The notes under the pieces were generated by a model. It was not told the origin of the DNA, searched no databases, and saw only the letters and a list, made by a program, of their open reading frames with translations. From an uncultured Actinomycetota bacterium (lineage in GTDB: Bacteria; Actinomycetota; UBA4738; HRBIN12), in contig CAVRUS010000005.1 of the NCBI GenBank assembly GCA_963724415.1, forward strand, positions 143,945-207,944: 64,000 nucleotides of DNA, given 5' to 3'. The position numbers and the translations under genes were made by a program. Below, piece after piece: positions 59,226 to 64,000 of the stretch (position 1 is its first letter; each line of letters begins with the position of its first letter).

Positions 59226-60008
59226 CTATCGCTTCAGCAAACGGCTGACGATGATAGCGCCCTCGTAGAAGAGGTAGAGCGGGATCAAGAGCGCGAGCAT
59301 CGAGATCGGGTCGGGACTCGGCGTGATCACCGCGGCGAAGATCGCGAGGGCGAGGATGACCTGGCGCCGGTACTTGCGCATCGTTTCGTTCGTCAGGACG
59401 CCCGCGGCGGAGAGCGAGATGAGCAGGATCGGGAACTCGAACCCGAGCCCGAACGCGAGGATCGTGAAGATCACGAAGCCGATGTACTTGTCGACGGTCA
59501 GGAGCGGGCTCACGAAGTCGCCCCCCACCGACAGGAGGAAATTGAGCGCCGCCGGCAACGTCAGGTAGGCGGCCAGGCCGCCGAGCAGGAACAGCAGCAC
59601 GGAGACCAGGACGAACGGGATCGCCCACTTGCGCTCCCGCGCCGTGAGGCCGGGGACGATGAATGCCCAGAGCTGATACAGGATCACGGGCAACGCGACG
59701 ACGAGGGCAAGGAACACGACCACCTTCACCGTGATCAGGAAGCCGTCGATCGCGGAGAGGAAGATCAGCGTGCACCCCTGCTGTCCGAACGGGGCCTTGT
59801 CGGGATTCTCGAGGAGGAAGTCGCAGTAGGGGGTCTTGATGATGTCCATCACCGGGTTGTAGAGGAAGATGCCGACGATCGATCCCGCGATCAACGCCCA
59901 GAGGACCATGATCAATCGATGACGGAGCTCCCGGAGGTGGTCCATCAACGACATCGCGCCTTCGCGCTCTTCCGGGGACTTGCGCCGCCACTTCGGGAGG
60001 GTCCTCAT
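59226..60008 (-). CDS. tatC: Twin-arginine translocase subunit TatC
   Basis: MDHLRELRHRLIMVLWALIAGSIVGIF followed by six TM segments. ATGA overlap with the upstream tat gene. Confidence 0.9.
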   Translation of the reverse strand: MRTLPKWRRKSPEEREGAMSLMDHLRELRHRLIMVLWALIAGSIVGIFLYNPVMDIIKTPYCDFLLENPDKAPFGQQGCTLIFLSAIDGFLITVKVVVFLALVVALPVILYQLWAFIVPGLTARERKWAIPFVLVSVLLFLLGGLAAYLTLPAALNFLLSVGGDFVSPLLTVDKYIGFVIFTILAFGLGFEFPILLISLSAAGVLTNETMRKYRRQVILALAIFAAVITPSPDPISMLALLIPLYLFYEGAIIVSRLLKR

Positions 60009-60499
60009 CCTTCCGTCGGCGCCTCGGGCTCGGGTCGATCCGGCGCGGTCGCACCGTCGCGTGCCGGAGCGTCCGCGGGTCGATCCGGCGACGGGGTGGC
60101 CGCCGCGTCATCGACGAGCCTGTCGGCGGGCGGCCCGGCGACCTCCGCCGGTTCGCCGGGGCGTGCCGAGGGCTTCTGCGTGGGTGTGCGCGTGGATCGC
60201 GGGGTTCCGAGCTTGGCGGTCTCGTCGCGGATCGTGCGCTCGGCCCGGCGGACCGCACCCTTCACGTCCGTCGCCCGGGTGACACCGCCGGCGGCCTTGC
60301 GGAATTCGTCGACCGCGCCTTTCACGTCAGCGTCATCCATCTCCGAGGACACGAGGTCGCGGACCTCGCTCTGCACGTCCCGGAACTGGCGGATCACCTT
60401 CCCGACCGAACGGGCGAGCTCGGGCAGCCGCTCAGGCCCCACCACGATCAGTGCCACGGCGAGGACGACGAACAGCTCGAGGGGTCCTACGTTGAGCAT
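60005..60499 (-). CDS. tatA: Sec-independent protein translocase TatA/TatB family (length suggests TatB-like)
   Basis: MLNVGPLELFVVLAVALIVVGPERLPELARSVGKVIRQFR, then an amphipathic helix and a Pro/Ala-rich tail. Confidence 0.85.
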   Translation of the reverse strand: MLNVGPLELFVVLAVALIVVGPERLPELARSVGKVIRQFRDVQSEVRDLVSSEMDDADVKGAVDEFRKAAGGVTRATDVKGAVRRAERTIRDETAKLGTPRSTRTPTQKPSARPGEPAEVAGPPADRLVDDAAATPSPDRPADAPARDGATAPDRPEPEAPTEG

Positions 60500-60527
60500 C
60501 GGTTTGGGGATGTTCCCGGCAGCGAGT

Positions 60528-60776
60528 CTATCGGGGGCCCCTGCGGCGGGCGGGGGCTCGAGGGGGGGACGCCCGCTCGGAGAGGCGCGCGGCCGTGTCG
60601 GCGGCTCGCGCCGAAGCGGCCGCCACCTCGTCGGCGATGGGCTGGAGCTCCTCCTGCATCCGGCCCGCGGTCCGTCCGAGGAGGATCACGTGGCGGACGA
60701 GGAACCCCAGCATCACGAGGAGCGCGGCGGTGGTCACGAGGCCGACCACGAGCCAGACGACGAGCCAGGCTTCCAC
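60528..60776 (-). CDS. Small membrane protein, hypothetical
   Basis: 82 aa. TM WLVVWLVVGLVTTAALLVMLGFLV followed by a helical tail. The coding-like frame is the only evidence. Confidence 0.45.
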   Translation of the reverse strand: MEAWLVVWLVVGLVTTAALLVMLGFLVRHVILLGRTAGRMQEELQPIADEVAAASARAADTAARLSERASPPRAPARRRGPR

Positions 60777-60810
60777 GTCAGGGATGCTACCGGGCGCCGC
60801 GAACCTGGAG

Positions 60811-61191
60811 CTACGATTCCTCGGAGCCGGCCAGGAACTCCTCGAGGTAGCGATCGTCCTCGAGGAGGAAATGGAACTCGATCACGTCGTCGATCGTGAA
60901 CGCGGGGCCATCCGAGGCGTGCTCGAGCGGGTCGACAGCCTCGGTGGGCTCCTGATCGAAGAGGGTCTCGCCCATCTCTGATCCGCCGCCCCTTGGCTCG
61001 AGATCCACGCCGGCGGAGACGAGCAGCGCGACGATCTTGCGATCGGCTCGCTTCTCCACGGCATCGTCGCAGCGCGGGCACGTGAATCGGTAGCTCCCCT
61101 CCCGGCCGCTGGAGCGGACCGAGAGCGAGATCGCTTCGGGGCCCATGTCGACCTCTCCGCAGCGGGGGCATGTCGTCCGGATGGTTGTCAT
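60811..61191 (-). CDS. Zinc-ribbon (CPRC...CPRC) hypothetical protein with an acidic C-terminus
   Basis: TTCPRCGEVDMG...YRFTCPRCDDAVEK. High GC3. Located between pafC and the tat genes. Confidence 0.55.
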   Translation of the reverse strand: MTTIRTTCPRCGEVDMGPEAISLSVRSSGREGSYRFTCPRCDDAVEKRADRKIVALLVSAGVDLEPRGGGSEMGETLFDQEPTEAVDPLEHASDGPAFTIDDVIEFHFLLEDDRYLEEFLAGSEES

Positions 61192-61264
61192 CTCAGGACA
61201 GCTATCGGCCCTCTCTGGACGCGGCTTGAGGCTCCCGGACGTTGTCGGGGCTAGACCCGTCTAA

Positions 61265-62245
61265 CTAGGTCTTGTGGCCGTACCCGGCGAGGGTCTCGCG
61301 CGCCAACCGGCGCACCTCATCGCGGAGCTCGACGGGTTCGACGACCTCTGCGTCGTCGCCGACACGCAGGAGGAGTCGTGCGACCCACCCGAGCTGACGT
61401 GCCGGCAAGGTGACCTCGACGCCCCCGTCCGCTCGCTCCTCGAGTTCCGTGGTGGCGTAGTACTCCGCGATCCACCGCGCCGCCGGCCGAAGTCGCAAGC
61501 GCACCGACACATCGTCACCGGTCGGCGAGTACAGGTCCCGACCGGCTCCCCGGAGACCCCGAGGGGTGAACGTCTCACCGGTGGGCGCCGCGCTCCGAAC
61601 GCGATCGGCGCGGAAGAGTCGCTCGGCGTCCGCGTCCACGTCCCACGCGGCGACGTACCAATGACCCATCCCCGAGAACACCTCCTCGGGGTCGATCTCG
61701 CGCTGGCTCCACTCCCCCGTCGACGCGGCGAAGTACTCGATCGACAGTCGCTCGTGCCCGCGGGCCGCCTCCCGCAGCGCCGCGAGGTGCTCCGGTGCTC
61801 GTCCCCGCCGGGCGATCTCGATCCGTCCCTCGGCCTCGCCGAGCGTCTCCGCGCCGAGCGAGCCGCGCAGCTTCTCGAGCGCCTTCTCGAGCGCGGGCGC
61901 GTCGGGCATCCCGGGCAGGGCCAGCAACTCCGTCCCTCGGAGATAGACGGCGAGGGCCTCGATCCTCGTGAGCTGCAGCGGTCGAGAGAAGTGGTCGGCC
62001 ATCGAGATCCAGATGTGACCGTCTTCGTCGACGTCGACGTCGATCAGGTCGCCGGGGCCGTACGGCGGGAGTCCGGACATGAACAGCAGGTCGAGATCCC
62101 GCCGGAGCTGGGCGGGCCCGACGTCGAACGCGGCCGCGACCTCGCTCAGCGCGGACCCCGGATGCTGCACCAGGTACGGCACGATCGCGAGCATCCTCCC
62201 GAGGCGGTCCGAGGTCTTCGGCACGCTCCGCGTGCGTTCAGTCAA
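61265..62245 (-). CDS. pafC: HTH + WYL domain transcriptional regulator (PafC position)
   Basis: RLGRMLAIVPYLVQHPGSALSEVAAAFDV (wHTH), WYL region GHWYVAAWD. It is the second of two overlapping paralogs upstream of tatA. Confidence 0.7.
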   Translation of the reverse strand: MTERTRSVPKTSDRLGRMLAIVPYLVQHPGSALSEVAAAFDVGPAQLRRDLDLLFMSGLPPYGPGDLIDVDVDEDGHIWISMADHFSRPLQLTRIEALAVYLRGTELLALPGMPDAPALEKALEKLRGSLGAETLGEAEGRIEIARRGRAPEHLAALREAARGHERLSIEYFAASTGEWSQREIDPEEVFSGMGHWYVAAWDVDADAERLFRADRVRSAAPTGETFTPRGLRGAGRDLYSPTGDDVSVRLRLRPAARWIAEYYATTELEERADGGVEVTLPARQLGWVARLLLRVGDDAEVVEPVELRDEVRRLARETLAGYGHKT

Positions 62246-63200
62246 CGAGTGCCTCCAGGCGCGAGACGACCGCGTCCCGCAACGACGCCGGCGACCGGAC
62301 GACGGCGTCGGGCCCGTACTCGAGCAGCATCGCCGCGAGGGCTTCCTCGTCGGCCATGGGGATCTCCATCACGACCATCCCGTCGTCTTCCGTGGCGACC
62401 TCGTCGGCACCCGGGAACTGGGAGGCGGCGAACCAGGCCCGATCCGTCGAGAACAGGACCACGGCCCGGTCGTCCCCGGCCGCGACCCACGGACCGGCGT
62501 CGACGTGATCCGCGGCTCGGAAGTCGTCGGGCGGCGCCGATCCCTCGCCGGTGTCCGTGATCTCCCCCGCCATCCGGGAGAGCCGGAACGCACGGACGTC
62601 GTCCCGCTCCCGATCGTGCCCCACCAGGTACCAGTGACCGGCGCGGAACACCATCGCCCAGGCGTCGACGTCGCGATCGCTCGTCTTGCCCTGCGAGGTC
62701 CGGTACGTGAACGTGATCCTCCGGAGCTCCTGGGTCGCCTCGGCCACGGCGTGCACGAGGTTGCTCCTCGCATCCGACCCGGACGCGAGCGGTCCCCCAC
62801 CGAGGCCGGCCAGCACGCCTCCGTCGGCTCCGTACAGGAGCTTGCGGGCGCCGCTCTCGGCAGCCTGGTCCTGCCCGCCGCTCTGCGCGGCCACGAGCAG
62901 CGCGACGAGCTCGCCGGGCTCGAACTCGATCTCCGGGAGGTAGTACTTCTCCTTCGGGATCACGTACCCCTGCTCGGTCCCCCAGACGTCGATGTCGACG
63001 AGCTCGAGCGGGACGCCGTACTCGCGCAGGACGTCCTTGTCGCGCTCGAACATCCGCTTCGCGCTGTCGGGGTTGGCCTGCCCGTACGGTTCCAGGACCT
63101 GACGGATCTGCTCGAACGTGAGCGGCCGGGGTGTCTCCAGGAGGAGGCCGACGAGGTTCAGCAAGCGTTCCAGCGGCTCCGCGCGGTCCCCCTCCCCCAT
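62238..63200 (-). CDS. pafB: HTH + WYL domain transcriptional regulator (PafB position)
   Basis: ATG 63200. Contains ERLLNLVGLLLETPRPLTFEQIRQ (wHTH) and MVFRAGHWYLVGHDRERDDVRAFRLSRM (WYL). Confidence 0.7.
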   Translation of the reverse strand: MGEGDRAEPLERLLNLVGLLLETPRPLTFEQIRQVLEPYGQANPDSAKRMFERDKDVLREYGVPLELVDIDVWGTEQGYVIPKEKYYLPEIEFEPGELVALLVAAQSGGQDQAAESGARKLLYGADGGVLAGLGGGPLASGSDARSNLVHAVAEATQELRRITFTYRTSQGKTSDRDVDAWAMVFRAGHWYLVGHDRERDDVRAFRLSRMAGEITDTGEGSAPPDDFRAADHVDAGPWVAAGDDRAVVLFSTDRAWFAASQFPGADEVATEDDGMVVMEIPMADEEALAAMLLEYGPDAVVRSPASLRDAVVSRLEALVD

Positions 63201-63246
63201 GGTTGCGGCATCATATCGGCGCCGTGCTGTTCGACCGGAGCGTCTC

Positions 63247-64000
63247 GTGATCCACGTCCGCCGAGGGATCGTTCGGCGCGTGACGACGATCCGGCCGGGC
63301 GCGCAGGAGCTCGAGGTCGAGACCGACGGGGGCGTCGCGGCCGCGATCGCGTATCCGGCCCTCGGCGGTGAGGTCCTCACCGGGGACACCGTGCTCCTGA
63401 ACACGACGGCGCTCGATCTGGAGCTCGGGACCGGAGGCATGCACGTCGTGATCGCGATCGAGGGGCGGGACCTCGCCGCGGAGCCCGTGCCCGGCCACGT
63501 GATGAAGGTCAGGTACACGCCGGTGCAGACGGCGGTGGCGAGCGTCGAGGAGACCCACGCTGCACGGCTGGAGGCATCCGAGGGCCTCGCCCAGATCCCC
63601 GTCGTCTGTGCGCCGCTGCATTCGATGCTGGCGCCGATCGCGGCGGGGGTGAAGCGATCGTCCGACGCTCGGGTCGTGTACGTGATGACGGACGGCGCAG
63701 CCCTGCCCGGGGGGTTCTCCCGGCTCGTCCACGAGCTGCGGTCGGGCGATCTCCTCGATGGCTGGATCACGTGCGGGCAGTCGTTCGGTGGCGAGCTGGA
63801 GGCCGTGACGGTCTGGTCGGGCCTGCTGGCGGCGAAGGAGCTGCTCGAGGCGGAGGTCGTCGTCGTCGCCGACGGGCCCGGGAACCTCGGCACGGACACG
63901 ACGTGGGGTGTGAGCGCTCTGGCGAGCGGCCATGCGTTGATGGCGGCCGCGACGCTCGGCGGGAGGCCGATCCCGGCGCTCCGCGTGAGCTTCGCTGACG
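63247..64000 (+). CDS. DUF3866-like protein, N-terminal part; the 3' end lies outside the window
   Basis: My own translation. It is absent from the ORF track because no stop occurs before the window end. Contains VIHVRRGIVRRVTTIRPGAQELEV, PGHVMKVRYTPVQ and VVVVADGPGNLGTDTTWG. High GC3. ATG 63199 is an alternative start. Confidence 0.55.
   Translation, partial: MIHVRRGIVRRVTTIRPGAQELEVETDGGVAAAIAYPALGGEVLTGDTVLLNTTALDLELGTGGMHVVIAIEGRDLAAEPVPGHVMKVRYTPVQTAVASVEETHAARLEASEGLAQIPVVCAPLHSMLAPIAAGVKRSSDARVVYVMTDGAALPGGFSRLVHELRSGDLLDGWITCGQSFGGELEAVTVWSGLLAAKELLEAEVVVVADGPGNLGTDTTWGVSALASGHALMAAATLGGRPIPALRVSFAD

Overview
This is a high-GC (about 70%) chromosomal segment, most likely from an Actinomycetota genome. 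It is densely packed with housekeeping operons, and many adjacent genes have overlapping stop/start codons (GTGA or ATGA). From memory, gene order matches four Mycobacterium tuberculosis blocks. (1) HAD, tlyA-nadK-recN-steA-mctB-like-pyrG-NUDIX-xerD and scpA-scpB-rluB-cmk-der, resembling Rv1692-Rv1713. (2) gcvH-FHA(garA-like)-MerR-DUF151-MerR-small ORF-gcvP, resembling Rv1826-Rv1832. (3) A fused lnt-ppm1, resembling Rv2051c. (4) helY-tatC-tatA-pafC-pafB, resembling Rv2092c-Rv2096c. Two parts look accessory. The first is a 10 kb island at 33.5-43.6 kb. It holds three large secreted DUF11-type repeat proteins ending in an unusual [ST]PFTG + TM + Arg-rich sorting signal, and it is flanked by a CAP-domain secreted protein. 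Two of the three genes form a tandem duplication. The second is a very small (239 aa) reverse-transcriptase-like ORF whose stop overlaps the start of a YtcJ-like amidohydrolase (46.8-49.05 kb). This pair is my best candidate for something undescribed. The window also has at least six frame disruptions in otherwise conserved genes (cmk, a D,D-carboxypeptidase, a DAG-kinase-family gene, and two adhesins, one of them hit twice). Where they can be localised, these are single G/C indels. That pattern points to consensus errors or gene decay and lowers trust in any single-base inference. I found one tRNA-Pro(GGG) and no CRISPR array, rRNA or recognisable transposase. All calls come from reading the translations and sequence by eye; no searches were run.
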